Positions 17,468 through 27,360 are shown, counted from the first letter of the stretch. The stretch is 64,000 nucleotides of DNA from Actinomycetes bacterium (GCA_029263055.1 JAJCYG010000036.1:6708-70707), one strand, 5' to 3'. Notes: generated by a model from the letters alone, not told the origin. Numbers and translations are program-made.

Positions 17468-19446
17468 TTATTCTCCTTAAGAGTTTCTTGATGGGTCAGC
17501 AAAGTTGAAATCCTAATTGGAAGCACAACCATTTGTTGGCCTTCAAATTGAAGTCTGCGTTGTAGTTCAAATGAGGTGTTGTTATGTAGTATTCGTGTGA
17601 ATTGACTTTCTTGGTCAAAAATAAGTTGCCCACCAAAGAAAACACCTAAAGGAAATTCTTTAGCCACTTCCAAGCAGAGCTGCTCTAATTCAGGAAGGGG
17701 GTCTGTTCCTAATTTATAACGATATTCAGCATAATAACCTAAATCATTACAATATTTCACATATCTCTTTAAGCTTTCAGCTGTTGATTTTTGAAGATTG
17801 TGAACTTCTTTAACACCTTTGAATTGACCATAATCTAAAATCCCTGTGCTAATAAAAACAAAGTTTCTAAAATTACGTCCAAATAAGCGAATGATGTTCC
17901 AAATACAGTGAATCCCCATCCCGTCAAATTCTTTGACCATGATAATGGCTGTTGGTTTTTTAGGCTCTGGTTTTGACGTATCTTCTTGGCCATGCGTTAA
18001 AGGAGTGAGGTCGGTTACTTCTTTTAAACGGTGAATGACTTGAGAGACCCGGTTATAATGGCGTTTGATTTTAAGACAAATCCAAATGATGCCTGCGTTG
18101 ATAACAAGAGAAATCCAACCGCCATCGTAAAAGCGTGTCACAAAAATAACAACCAATGTTCCGCCAGTAATTAAAACACCGCAGTTGTTAATTAAAAATT
18201 TAACCCAAACTTTAAAACCTCTGTTGAGTCGTCTTCCCCAATGCACAGACATGCCTAGTGTGAATAAGAAAAAGGTGACAAACACATTGATACTATAAAG
18301 GATGACAAGGGTTTTTATTTTTGCACCAGTTAGAAAAATAATGGCAATAGCGGCAATCCCCATAAAAATAACACCATTACCCACAACCAATCGATCGCTC
18401 ATATTGACAAATCGACGAGGAAGCCAGCCATCTAAAGCCATGTTAGCCATGACACGAGGGCCTCCAACATAACCCGTTTGAGCCGCAACAAAGAGAAGGG
18501 CTCCTTCTGAGAGAATCGTGATAAAAACAATGCCGACTCCGATAGGTAGCCCATTTATTTCCCAGCTTCCCCATGCTCTTTGTAGGAGGGTGGCGTTCAT
18601 GGTTTTTCCTGGTTCTTCAACCAAGTCAAACAACATGTAGTTCACAAACAAACCTCCAGCAATAACAGCTAAAGAGATACCAGCATAGAGCAATGTTTTT
18701 TTAGCGGTTTGGGCTTTAGGTTCTTTTAAGATATCAGTGGAATTGCTAACCGCTTCAATCCCGGTAAAGGTACCGGCGCCTAAACTATAAGCTTTAAATA
18801 GGATTAGAAGGAGTGCTAGTAAACTCCCTGTTTCAATGGCGCTTGAAAATTCTTTTTTTGAACCTGTTATCATTTCAGGTAAATGTTCGGCTTGGGTGAC
18901 AATACCATAGACAACAAGTAAAAAGTGGGAAATGATAAAAATAAGAAAAATAGGGAGTAGGGCGATAATCGATTCTTTAACGCCTCTTAGATTAATCAAA
19001 ATCATGAGGGCAATAATGAACGCAATTGTGATCATTTTATAGGACTGAAATTCTATGGGCAAAAGACTAAAGAGCGCTTCAACGCCGCTTGTGATTGAGA
19101 TGGCAACGGTTAGAACGTAATCAACTAATAAGGCGCTTCCTGAAACCAATCCTGCTTTGGCTCCGAGTAGTTTTGAGGCAACAAGGTAGCCTCCTCCGCG
19201 ATTGGGAAAGAGCTCAACCCCTTGAGAGTAACTGGCTGTAAGAATAAAAATAGTAAAGAACATCATGAGCATTAAAGGAAAGGCTAAATAGTGGTGTTCG
19301 CCTAGCGCGATGAAAGCTTGCGCCGGGCCGTAGCAAGAGGAACTTAATCCATCAGATCCTAATCCAACCCAAGCTAAAACAGCACCAAGACTGATGCTTT
19401 TAAAGAGTTGAGGATCAAGTAAGTTATTTTTCTTTTTTTTGCTCAT
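17464..19446 (-). CDS. APC-superfamily transporter with a roughly 200-aa C-terminal cytoplasmic domain (amino-acid permease-like; a KimA-type K+ importer is possible)
   Basis: 660 aa. About 12 TM helices in the first 450 aa with APC-like glycine-rich segments, then a soluble C-terminal domain. The gene is divergent from the K+ channel gene. Confidence 0.6.
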   Translation of the reverse strand: MSKKKKNNLLDPQLFKSISLGAVLAWVGLGSDGLSSSCYGPAQAFIALGEHHYLAFPLMLMMFFTIFILTASYSQGVELFPNRGGGYLVASKLLGAKAGLVSGSALLVDYVLTVAISITSGVEALFSLLPIEFQSYKMITIAFIIALMILINLRGVKESIIALLPIFLIFIISHFLLVVYGIVTQAEHLPEMITGSKKEFSSAIETGSLLALLLILFKAYSLGAGTFTGIEAVSNSTDILKEPKAQTAKKTLLYAGISLAVIAGGLFVNYMLFDLVEEPGKTMNATLLQRAWGSWEINGLPIGVGIVFITILSEGALLFVAAQTGYVGGPRVMANMALDGWLPRRFVNMSDRLVVGNGVIFMGIAAIAIIFLTGAKIKTLVILYSINVFVTFFLFTLGMSVHWGRRLNRGFKVWVKFLINNCGVLITGGTLVVIFVTRFYDGGWISLVINAGIIWICLKIKRHYNRVSQVIHRLKEVTDLTPLTHGQEDTSKPEPKKPTAIIMVKEFDGMGIHCIWNIIRLFGRNFRNFVFISTGILDYGQFKGVKEVHNLQKSTAESLKRYVKYCNDLGYYAEYRYKLGTDPLPELEQLCLEVAKEFPLGVFFGGQLIFDQESQFTRILHNNTSFELQRRLQFEGQQMVVLPIRISTLLTHQETLKENK

Positions 19447-19559
19447 TAGCTGAAAATTTTATGCTTTTTGTCTCTGTGGCACAACTAAATAGTGATCTTT
19501 ATCATAGTATGCTAAAATAAAGGTATGAATGATCTCAACTCATTAAAAGCCATAGCCTT

Positions 19560-21251
19560 ATGAACTTTTTAGTTACTGAGGTTCTTTTGTTGCTGAGGAA
19601 TAAGTCAAGTCGCCGAAATTTATTAATTATTTTTTGGTTTCTCTTAGCTTTATTTACATTAATTTTTGTTTATACAATCGCCTTTCATTTTTTAATGGAA
19701 AGAGAGGGGAAAGAGTATTCTTTAATCACAGGTCTTTATTGGACTTTGACTGTGATGACCACATTAGGTTTTGGAGATATTACTTTTCATTCTGATTTAG
19801 GACGACTTTTTTCTATTTGTGTTTTGATGTCTGGTGTTTTTTCTCTTCTTGTGATTCTTCCTTTTATTTTTATTGAATTTTTTTATGAGCCTTGGATGCG
19901 TGCCCATACAGCGGCTCGTGTACCAAGGGGGCTGTCCGAAGAATATAAAAACCATATTATTTTAACTCATTACGATATCGTGACTAAAGCTTTGATTAAT
20001 CGATTAAATCAGTATAAGTATCCTTACATTTTGATTGTTGAAGATCTCACATTTGCGTTAAACCTTTATGATGAAGGTGTAAATGTGATGCTTGGAGATT
20101 TAAATGATCCTGAAACATATAAAAAAGCCAGGGTGAATAGAGCGGTCTTAGTTGCTTCTACTTGTCGTACATCGTCTAATGTGGCAGTCTGTTTTGCCGT
20201 GCGAACATTAAATAACATGGTGCCAATTATTACCACTTCAGAAGATACTTCGTCTAGAGAAGTTCTAAAGCTTGCAGGTAGTACGCGCACACTTTTGTTA
20301 GATGACATGATGGGCCAAATTTTAGCTCGTCGAACAAATGGTGGGGATGCAATGTCGCATTTAGTAGGGGACTTTGATTCTGTTCGAATCGCTGAAGCCA
20401 CTCCAGCTAGTGTGATGATTGGAAAGAAAATCCGTGAATTGGGTTTAAGAGAAAAAGTAGGGGTGACTGTTTTAGGTGTTTGGGAACGAGGGAAGTATAA
20501 AATTCCTGGGCCAGAGACTTTAATTAAAGAAGGGACTATTTTACTTTTAGCAGGTACAGCAGAGCAGTTGAAAAATTATGACGTTCTATTTTGTATTTAT
20601 AACGTTGCTATGGGTCCTGTTGTGATTATTGGGAGTGAGCGAGTGGGGCAAGCTACAGCGGCTGCATTAAAATCAAGAGACCTTGATTATCGAATTATTG
20701 AAAGAGATCCTGCTAAGGTGGTTGATCCTGAAAAAACAATCATTGGAGAGGCAACAGATATAGATGTGTTAAAAAAGGCGGGTGTGATGGAAGCACCCGC
20801 AGTTGTGATTACCTCAAAAAATTCAGATGTTAACCTTTACCTCACTATTTTAATTCGTCATCTGCAATCAGAGTTGCAAATTGTGAGTCGTGCTGGAACA
20901 GAGGGAAATGTGACGGCAATGCATGAGGCGGGTACTGACTTTGTGATGTCTTATGCGGCTATGGGGGCCAACACCATTATGAATTATCTCAAAAAAGGAG
21001 ATATTTTAATGGTTGCCGAAGGACTTGATTTGTTTAAAGTAAAAGTCCCTTCTTCATTAGTGAATAAAACAATTCAAGAATCTAATATTAAAGAGATGTC
21101 GGGTTGTAATGTGGTTGTGATCAATAACAATGGCTCGTCTATTGTTTTGCCTAAAGCAAACGAACGAATTCCTGAAGATTCAGAAATTATCCTCATTGGA
21201 AATGAAGAATCTGAAACTCGTTTTCTAGAAATGTTTGGAAAGTTTAAATAA
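19560..21251 (+). CDS. Potassium channel with two RCK/TrkA gating domains (Kch/MthK-like)
   Basis: Two TM helices plus a pore helix with selectivity-filter-like TTLGFGDITF. This is followed by TrkA_N-like Rossmann segments (VVIIGSERVGQATAAAL) and a TrkA_C-like C-terminus. Confidence 0.75.
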   Translation: MNFLVTEVLLLLRNKSSRRNLLIIFWFLLALFTLIFVYTIAFHFLMEREGKEYSLITGLYWTLTVMTTLGFGDITFHSDLGRLFSICVLMSGVFSLLVILPFIFIEFFYEPWMRAHTAARVPRGLSEEYKNHIILTHYDIVTKALINRLNQYKYPYILIVEDLTFALNLYDEGVNVMLGDLNDPETYKKARVNRAVLVASTCRTSSNVAVCFAVRTLNNMVPIITTSEDTSSREVLKLAGSTRTLLLDDMMGQILARRTNGGDAMSHLVGDFDSVRIAEATPASVMIGKKIRELGLREKVGVTVLGVWERGKYKIPGPETLIKEGTILLLAGTAEQLKNYDVLFCIYNVAMGPVVIIGSERVGQATAAALKSRDLDYRIIERDPAKVVDPEKTIIGEATDIDVLKKAGVMEAPAVVITSKNSDVNLYLTILIRHLQSELQIVSRAGTEGNVTAMHEAGTDFVMSYAAMGANTIMNYLKKGDILMVAEGLDLFKVKVPSSLVNKTIQESNIKEMSGCNVVVINNNGSSIVLPKANERIPEDSEIILIGNEESETRFLEMFGKFK

Positions 21252-21256
21252 ACTTT

Positions 21257-21802
21257 TTATTTTTTTTGTCCTGTCTGCTTCTCTTTAAAATCTAAAGCTC
21301 CAGAATTAATACAGTAACGTAACCCTGTTGGTTTGGGTCCGTCAGGAAATACATGGCCTAAGTGCGAGTCACAGCGAGCGCAAAGTACTTCGGTTCGACT
21401 CATAAACAGACTGCTATCTTCTTCAGTGGCAACATTGGCTTCTGAGACAGGTTGCCAATAACTTGGCCATCCTGTTCTAGAATCAAACTTTGACTCAGAG
21501 TTAAAAAGATCTAAGCCACAAGCTACGCATTGGTAAACACCTTCTTTTTTATTGTCGTGGTACTTACCGGTAAAAGCCCGCTCCGTTCCTTTTTGTCGTG
21601 TAATATAATATTGTTCTTCTGTGAGTTGCTTTTTCCATTCTTCTTCAGATTTAATAACTTTATCCATTTTAATCTCCTTACCACTTGAAGTAACAAAAGA
21701 GTTTGATTTTGATTGGTTTTGTGACCAAATAAAGTTAGCGCTTATTAAGATAAGAACGACGATAAAAATACTTCTATAAGTAGTGTTTGATTTCATTTTC
21801 AT
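21257..21802 (-). CDS. msrB: Peptide-methionine (R)-S-oxide reductase MsrB, secreted/periplasmic
   Basis: CVACGLDLF...[10 protein letters not shown]...[30 protein letters not shown] is a SelR/MsrB domain with two CxxC pairs. N-terminal signal peptide. The start is assigned to MKMKSN (21802). The track ORF starts at 21838. Confidence 0.85.
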   Translation of the reverse strand: MKMKSNTTYRSIFIVVLILISANFIWSQNQSKSNSFVTSSGKEIKMDKVIKSEEEWKKQLTEEQYYITRQKGTERAFTGKYHDNKKEGVYQCVACGLDLFNSESKFDSRTGWPSYWQPVSEANVATEEDSSLFMSRTEVLCARCDSHLGHVFPDGPKPTGLRYCINSGALDFKEKQTGQKK

Positions 21803-22055
21803 ATTCCGGAAAATAGGTTGATATAATGGACAAGTCAAATTGACTCATGATTGCTTCTTTAGATTCACGCTCTAAAAGAAACTCAAAAGAGGCTTTAAGG
21901 CAGTCCTCTTTGCTTGTCTTGCCTTGAGTTAATGATTGGTAGAGAGCTTCGTTTACATGAACAGTATGTTTTGTTGAAGAATCCCCTTCTTTAACTGTCA
22001 CACAAAACTGATTTGGCTTTGAGTTGGACTGCTTTATGACTGAAATAGTAGCCAT
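21774..22055 (-). CDS. Hypothetical 93-aa protein
   Basis: ORF with no recognisable motifs. Its 3' end overlaps the msrB start and promoter region, so it may or may not be a real gene. Confidence 0.35.
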   Translation of the reverse strand: MATISVIKQSNSKPNQFCVTVKEGDSSTKHTVHVNEALYQSLTQGKTSKEDCLKASFEFLLERESKEAIMSQFDLSIISTYFPEYENEIKHYL

Positions 22056-22065
22056 TTTATAGTCA

Positions 22066-22094
22066 TTGCTCCTTAATTGTTATTGTACTATAAT
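22066..22094 (+). promoter_or_regulatory. Putative sigma70 promoter for dcd (-35 TTGCTC, 17-nt spacer, -10 TATAAT)
   Basis: TTGCTC at 22066-22071 and a perfect TATAAT at 22089-22094, about 50 nt upstream of the dcd ATG. Confidence 0.3.
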
Positions 22095-22144
22095 ACGACT
22101 CTTATAAGTGATTGAAAAGAACCCCTTTAAGTTGAGGATGTGCC

Positions 22145-22693
22145 ATGATTTTGTCAGATCAAACCCTAAAGCAGTACCTTGAAGAAGGCAAACTTAAGAT
22201 CGATCCTATTGAAGATAATTCTGTTCAGCCTGCTTCTGTGGATTGCACATTAGGTTCGCATTTTTTAGTGATCGATGAAAACAGCATGGGTTTGCTTACA
22301 ATGGATGATGAAATCAAGTACCGCACAATTGAAGCTGATAGTATTACCTTGCCACCCCATTCTTTTATTTTAGCTACAACCCGAGAAGAGGTTGAACTGC
22401 CTGATGATTTAACAGCATTTGTAGAAGGGCGCAGTTCTATTGGTCGCATGGGATTGTTTATTCAAAACGCGGGTTGGGTTGACCCTGGTTTTAAAGGGCG
22501 TATTACTTTAGAACTTTATAATGCAAATTCTCTTCCTATTAAGCTTGAAGCTGGTCGTCGTATTTGCCAGCTTGTTTTTTGTAAAATGAGTAGCCGTGCT
22601 TCTAAACCTTATCAAGGTAAGTATCAAGGTCAAACAACCACTGTTGGAAGCCGTGTTTTTAAAGATGTGGATAAGGGTGCTTCTGCGGTTTAA
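22145..22693 (+). CDS. dcd: dCTP deaminase
   Basis: 182 aa. MILSDQTLKQYLEEGKLKIDP...VDCTLG...GRSSIGRMGL...DPGFKGRITLELYN is the dCTP deaminase/dUTPase-fold signature. Confidence 0.85.
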   Translation: MILSDQTLKQYLEEGKLKIDPIEDNSVQPASVDCTLGSHFLVIDENSMGLLTMDDEIKYRTIEADSITLPPHSFILATTREEVELPDDLTAFVEGRSSIGRMGLFIQNAGWVDPGFKGRITLELYNANSLPIKLEAGRRICQLVFCKMSSRASKPYQGKYQGQTTTVGSRVFKDVDKGASAV

Positions 22694-24888
22694 GCTGCTT
22701 CTTCTTTGGCTGAAGCTAAGGGGAGTGTGAAGTAAAAAATAGTGCCTTTACCCATTTTGCTTTCTGCCCAAATTTTTCCACCATGGCGAACAATAATGCG
22801 TTGCACAATAGCCAGACCTGCTCCGGTTCCTTTAAAGTTTTGCTTGTCGTGGAGTCGTTGAAAAACAGTGAATAGTTTGTTGATTTCTTTCATGTTAAAA
22901 CCAACCCCATTATCTTGAATGTAAAAGGTTAGTTTTCCTTTCTTTTCAATGGCGCCAATTTCGATTATAGATAGTTCTTGGTTCTTAGTGAATTTAATGG
23001 CATTGCCCATTAGATTGCTTATGACTTGACGAATCATGACTTCATCTCCTAAAACATGTGGAAGAGGAGAAGCTATTTTTAAAAGACAGACTCTATCTGG
23101 TTCTAAAAGTTTAAAGTCTTCAAAGACTTCTTTGCACATTGACTCAATATTAAAATCATTCGTAAGAATTTCTTTTCGACTTAATTGGGAATAGACCATG
23201 AGGTCTTCAATAAGGTCTCCCATTTGCTGAGTGTGATCTTGGATGTGGTTTAGATAGCTTTTGCCTTCTTTATCGAGCTTGTCGTGATGTGTCTCTGATA
23301 AAAGTTTGCTAAAACCACCAATTAACGTTAGAGGAGTTCTTAATTCATGAGAAATGGAATAAGAAAAAGCTTCTAATTCTTGAACCAAATCCTTTAGTTC
23401 TTCTGTTCGCTGTTCAACTCTTTTTTCTAGATCAAAGTTAAGGTGTTGGATTTTCTGTTCGGCTTTCTTCTGTTCTGTGATGTCGAGAATAAAACAAGCG
23501 CACTCATTTTGTGATTCTGGCAAAAGAGCTGCTCCAATCAAGATAGGCACTCTTGAGCCATCCTTGTAGAAGTATTCTTTTTCATAAGGAGTGGCTGTCC
23601 CTTTCATCTTAAGTTCTTGGACAGCAAACTCATCTTTTGGCTGCCATTCTTCGGGTGTGAGTTTTGTCCATTTACAAGGCATATCTTTTTCTGTAAGGCC
23701 GAGCATTTGTAGAAAAGCGTCATTGCCTTCGATTATGTTTCCATTAAAGTTGGCAATTGTGATTCCAATTATTTTTGAATTAAAGAGAAGGTTCATTCGT
23801 TCTTCAATTTTTTTGCGTGCCTCTTGTTCTTTTTTGATCTCACTTAAATCTCGAACTAAACAAATAATCCCTAAAAATTCATTTTTTTTGTCCTTCATTG
23901 AGTTGGCCGAAATACTGGCATAAATCTCTTTACCTTTATCTGTTGTGATATCTATTTCAGCTTGTTTGACGGGTGTGTCATGGTCGATTAGATTATTCCA
24001 CTGGTTTTGAGAAATGATTTGAGGTGCGATGCAATGAATCGATTTTCCGATGAGATCTTTTTCTTTTATTTCAAATAGAGTGCATGCTGTTTCATTAACA
24101 ACTCGAATGGCTCCATCTCTATCTAAAACTAAGAGAGCGTCACCTAAGTGATCCATTACCTCATTGATGCTGTAAGTAGAGGGGATATCTTGTAAATGAA
24201 AACGTCTTACAGTAAAGGCTGCAAGGAGTGCAAAGATAGAAATAGGAAGAAATCCCACAGGATAAATTGGGATGCCAAATTTAACTAAGTAATCAACAGC
24301 ACCTAGTAGAGCAATGAGAAAGGCAATTAAAAACAGAGTGACTCGATGATGGTGGCGAGAGTGGGTAGGGGTTATTTTGTAAGCATTCCAATAATGCTTA
24401 ATGCTTAAAACCATGAGTGTGAAAAAGAAAGCCAAAAAAGGAAGGCTGAGCAATCCGTATTGTGGGTAATAACCCCAGTTAAAGAGTTGGACATGTGTAA
24501 TAAATTGATTTGTAAATAATGCTGCTCCAGAAAATCCTGTGGCCATTAACATAATGCTCCAAAACCGAATTTTATAATGGGAGCTTAATTGTAAAATTGA
24601 GAGCGCAAATAAATAGATACTAACAGGAAGAAAGGGGACACCTATATAGGCAAGTTTAGACCAAGAAAGAGCCACTTCAGGAAGTTCTGCACAATACATC
24701 ATTGAAAAACAAAAGAGCCAAATAGATAGGGTTGAAGTGAGAAAAAAGAATTTGAGACTGACTTGAGAGGCTTTTTCTCGCACTAAAACAACGGAGCCAA
24801 GTGCTGTGAGAAGGACTGCGGTCAAAAACAGTGGGACCGCATGTGGGTTAAACGTATAATTTATAAAATGAAAAAACTCTCTCCACAT
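22690..24888 (-). CDS. Sensor histidine kinase with a 7-TM sensor region and PAS domains
   Basis: About 7 N-terminal TM helices and two PAS-like segments. H-box SHELRTPLTLIGGF. HATPase_c GTGAGLAIVQRIIVRHGGKIWAESKMGKGTIFYFTLP. Convergent with dcd, overlapping by 4 nt. Confidence 0.8.
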   Translation of the reverse strand: MWREFFHFINYTFNPHAVPLFLTAVLLTALGSVVLVREKASQVSLKFFFLTSTLSIWLFCFSMMYCAELPEVALSWSKLAYIGVPFLPVSIYLFALSILQLSSHYKIRFWSIMLMATGFSGAALFTNQFITHVQLFNWGYYPQYGLLSLPFLAFFFTLMVLSIKHYWNAYKITPTHSRHHHRVTLFLIAFLIALLGAVDYLVKFGIPIYPVGFLPISIFALLAAFTVRRFHLQDIPSTYSINEVMDHLGDALLVLDRDGAIRVVNETACTLFEIKEKDLIGKSIHCIAPQIISQNQWNNLIDHDTPVKQAEIDITTDKGKEIYASISANSMKDKKNEFLGIICLVRDLSEIKKEQEARKKIEERMNLLFNSKIIGITIANFNGNIIEGNDAFLQMLGLTEKDMPCKWTKLTPEEWQPKDEFAVQELKMKGTATPYEKEYFYKDGSRVPILIGAALLPESQNECACFILDITEQKKAEQKIQHLNFDLEKRVEQRTEELKDLVQELEAFSYSISHELRTPLTLIGGFSKLLSETHHDKLDKEGKSYLNHIQDHTQQMGDLIEDLMVYSQLSRKEILTNDFNIESMCKEVFEDFKLLEPDRVCLLKIASPLPHVLGDEVMIRQVISNLMGNAIKFTKNQELSIIEIGAIEKKGKLTFYIQDNGVGFNMKEINKLFTVFQRLHDKQNFKGTGAGLAIVQRIIVRHGGKIWAESKMGKGTIFYFTLPLASAKEEAA

Positions 24889-24940
24889 GAATCTAGACGC
24901 CTTTCATGTGACTTTACGCCTAGTGTTATTATACCATTTT

Positions 24941-25642
24941 TTAGTCTGTCTTGACCGACGCTGTGGGTTGAGAGTCTGCTCGGTTTGCCAGGGTTCTATA
25001 GACATGTGCGTAAGCTGTTATCGATAGCGGTATTGTGACTGCGAGTCCAATAATTAAGGCTAGGGCCCCTAATAAATTGACTCCAACTAAGACTAAGAAA
25101 AAGCAAAAAAGTTTCCATTTTGCTCCTTGGGTAATCTTGCCGCTATATTTGATTGCTTCGATGGGTCCCATGTTTTTATCGATAATGGCATAAGACCAAA
25201 AGATATATTTAAGAGCCCAAATAATTCCAGGAACAATCAGTAAAATAAGCCCACCAATAAAAATTAAAGCATAGAGAATATTTGAAGCGATATATTTTAA
25301 GAAGAGTGGAAAACAGGTGAAGAGATCTTTAATAGAGGTCTCTTTCTTGTCAATTAGGCTTAATGGGATGCGGATAAGTCCCATTGCATTGACTGTTTTG
25401 ACCACAGCTCCTGCAATCATAATGACAAAAGAAAACCCCATGAGCCCAAAGACAAGAAATTGTATTTCTTGAAATGCAGGAATAATAATTGTGGGAACAG
25501 ACGCTGTTAATTGAAAGGCAATATCAATGGCAAACATAAGGAGAAACGCCCCAATAAAAAGCCAAAACCGTGGTTTGAGTGTTTGCCAACCATCTGAAAG
25601 AGCTTGTTTGATTGAAAAGGGTGAGGCATTTGTTTCGTTCAT
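24941..25642 (-). CDS. Integral membrane protein (DUF975-like), unknown function
   Basis: 233 aa, 5-6 TM helices. Confidence 0.5.
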   Translation of the reverse strand: MNETNASPFSIKQALSDGWQTLKPRFWLFIGAFLLMFAIDIAFQLTASVPTIIIPAFQEIQFLVFGLMGFSFVIMIAGAVVKTVNAMGLIRIPLSLIDKKETSIKDLFTCFPLFLKYIASNILYALIFIGGLILLIVPGIIWALKYIFWSYAIIDKNMGPIEAIKYSGKITQGAKWKLFCFFLVLVGVNLLGALALIIGLAVTIPLSITAYAHVYRTLANRADSQPTASVKTD

Positions 25643-25732
25643 TAAGATTTCTCCTTAAGTCCAAAAGTTGATTTATCTTATCAAAATTACAAATAGTTTT
25701 CATTTAATATTCTTTTTTACTAAGCTCATAAG

Positions 25733-27025
25733 ATGTCTTTATTTCGAGCCCTCAAATACAAAAATTACCGCCTTTTTTTTATTGGCCAGTCCATCTCCTT
25801 AGTGGGAACGTGGATGCAGCATCTTGCCATGGCATGGTTGGTCTACCGGATTACTGGATCTGCTTTTTGGTTAGGGGTTGTTGGTTTTGCAGGGCATATT
25901 CCTAACTTATTATTTGCGCCAGTTGCAGGGGTATTGGCTGATCGTTGGAATCGAGTCAAAATCCTTCATCTTACCCAAGCCCTTTCACTTTGGCAGGCAG
26001 CTATTTTAGCGTTACTCACTTTAGGGGGTGTTGTTGAGTTGTGGCATGTGATTGCTTTAGCCGCTATATTGGGGCTGATCAATGCGGTTGATATTCCCAC
26101 GCGCCAATCTTTTTTTGTTGAATTAATTGATAACAAAAATGACATTGGCAATGCCATTGCTTTAAATTCATCCATGTTTAACTTTGCCCGTCTTTTAGGC
26201 CCTGCATTAGCTGGAATATTGATTGCTTTTTATGGAGAGGGGGTTTGTTTTTTAGTTAACGTTTTTACCTTTATTCCCATTATGGTTGCTCTCTTTTTAA
26301 TGAAGCTAAGCAAGCGAAAAAAGAGCCGAAAAGATGTTGCGGTGTGGAATGGTTTAAAAGAAGGGATTGCTTATATCCGAAAGTTTTCTCCCATTCAAGA
26401 AATGTTATTGCTGATGGGTTTTATCGGTCTATTTGGAATGCCCTTTACTATTTTACTACCGGTATTTGCCTCTGAAATTTTAAACGGAGGTTCTGAAACC
26501 TATGGAATGTTAGCGGCCTCAATGGGGTGTGGGGCATTAGCAGGTGCTTTATCGATGGCATCTAAGAAAAACGTTTTAGGTTTTGAAAAGATCATTGCCT
26601 TTTCAGCTGCTCTCTTTTGTATGGGAGTGATTGTCTTTTCTCAAATGAATGGACTGATCTCATCACTTGTTGTTTTGTTTATTATTGGCTTTGGTTTGAT
26701 GATGCAAATGGCTTCAACCAACACTGTTCTCCAAACCATTGTGGATGATGACAAGCGCGGAAGAGTGATGAGTTTTTACTCTATTTCAATTATAGGAACA
26801 GCCCCTTTTGGAAATCTAATGGTGGGAGCTCTGGCTAGCAGATTGGGTGTTTCGTTTGCATTGGTAGTGTGTGGCATTGTTTGTTCACTGGGCGTGCTAT
26901 TTTTTGCACGCCAGCTAAGCGCGATCCGAAAAAGAATGCAGCCTCACTATGTGCGAATGGGGATTTTACCTGAAGTAGCCAGCGCCCTTGACCAGGCTAC
27001 CAGCCTTCAAAACGCAGAAGACTAA
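25733..27025 (+). CDS. MFS transporter (EntS/YbdA-like family)
   Basis: YRLFFIGQSISLVGTWMQHLAMAWLVYRITGS...LFAPVAGVLADRWNR is the MFS signature. 12 TM helices. 430 aa. Confidence 0.8.
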   Translation: MSLFRALKYKNYRLFFIGQSISLVGTWMQHLAMAWLVYRITGSAFWLGVVGFAGHIPNLLFAPVAGVLADRWNRVKILHLTQALSLWQAAILALLTLGGVVELWHVIALAAILGLINAVDIPTRQSFFVELIDNKNDIGNAIALNSSMFNFARLLGPALAGILIAFYGEGVCFLVNVFTFIPIMVALFLMKLSKRKKSRKDVAVWNGLKEGIAYIRKFSPIQEMLLLMGFIGLFGMPFTILLPVFASEILNGGSETYGMLAASMGCGALAGALSMASKKNVLGFEKIIAFSAALFCMGVIVFSQMNGLISSLVVLFIIGFGLMMQMASTNTVLQTIVDDDKRGRVMSFYSISIIGTAPFGNLMVGALASRLGVSFALVVCGIVCSLGVLFFARQLSAIRKRMQPHYVRMGILPEVASALDQATSLQNAED

Positions 27026-27066
27026 ACGTTGACATCGGGGTCAGGCACCACCGTCAACGTTTTTAC
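27024..27066 (+). terminator. Hairpin element A (stem AAACGTTGAC/GTCAACGTTT, 19-nt GC-rich loop) followed by a T-run; probable intrinsic terminator of the MFS gene
   Basis: aaacgttgac-atcggggtcaggcaccacc-gtcaacgttttt starts 1 nt after the MFS stop codon. Confidence 0.5.
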
Positions 27067-27118
27067 TCAAATAAAGACAATTATTGTATAATTGAATAAC
27101 CAAATAACGGAGGTTGAT

Positions 27119-27310
27119 ATGTCTCTAATCAAAACAAAAGTGTGGCCCCCTTTTCAAATTGCTGTTTTAAAAACAGTCTGCTTAATTTTTGGTTTGATTG
27201 TGGGTGCTTATTACGCAGATGTGATTAAAGATTATTTATGGATTTTAGCGGGTATTGGCGTGGTTTGCTGGATTGAAGTCTTTTATTTTTACTATTTGAA
27301 AAAGGACTAA
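27119..27310 (+). CDS. 63-aa two-TM membrane protein
   Basis: ATG at 27119 preceded by a perfect SD (aacGGAGGttgatATG). MSLIKTKVWPPFQIAVLKTVCLIFGLIVGAYY...LWILAGIGVVCWIEVFYFYYLKKD has two hydrophobic helices. The track start at 27092 is a TTG. Confidence 0.45.
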   Translation: MSLIKTKVWPPFQIAVLKTVCLIFGLIVGAYYADVIKDYLWILAGIGVVCWIEVFYFYYLKKD

Positions 27311-27347
27311 ACGTTGACGATGGTGCCTGACCCCGGTGTCAACGTTT
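27309..27347. repeat. Hairpin element B, the inverted copy of element A (same 10-bp stem, loop is the reverse complement of loop A at 17 of 19 positions)
   Basis: aaacgttgac-gatggtgcctgaccccggt-gtcaacgttt lies immediately after the small ORF stop. Together with element A it flanks the 63-aa ORF. Confidence 0.45.
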
Positions 27348-27360
27348 TGAATTAAAGTTT

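Noticed and set aside
22091-22101. TAATACGACTC, identical to the first 11 nt of the phage T7 promoter consensus
   Set aside because: Only 11 of 23 positions match. It lacks the downstream CACTATAGGG and overlaps an ordinary sigma70 -10 element. I regard it as coincidence, not a phage promoter.
27021-27354. Considered whether the two inverted hairpin elements define an invertible DNA switch around the 63-aa ORF
   Set aside because: No recombinase, invertase or integrase gene is anywhere in the window. The elements are better explained as terminator/REP-like hairpins. I kept this as a finding about the repeat only.
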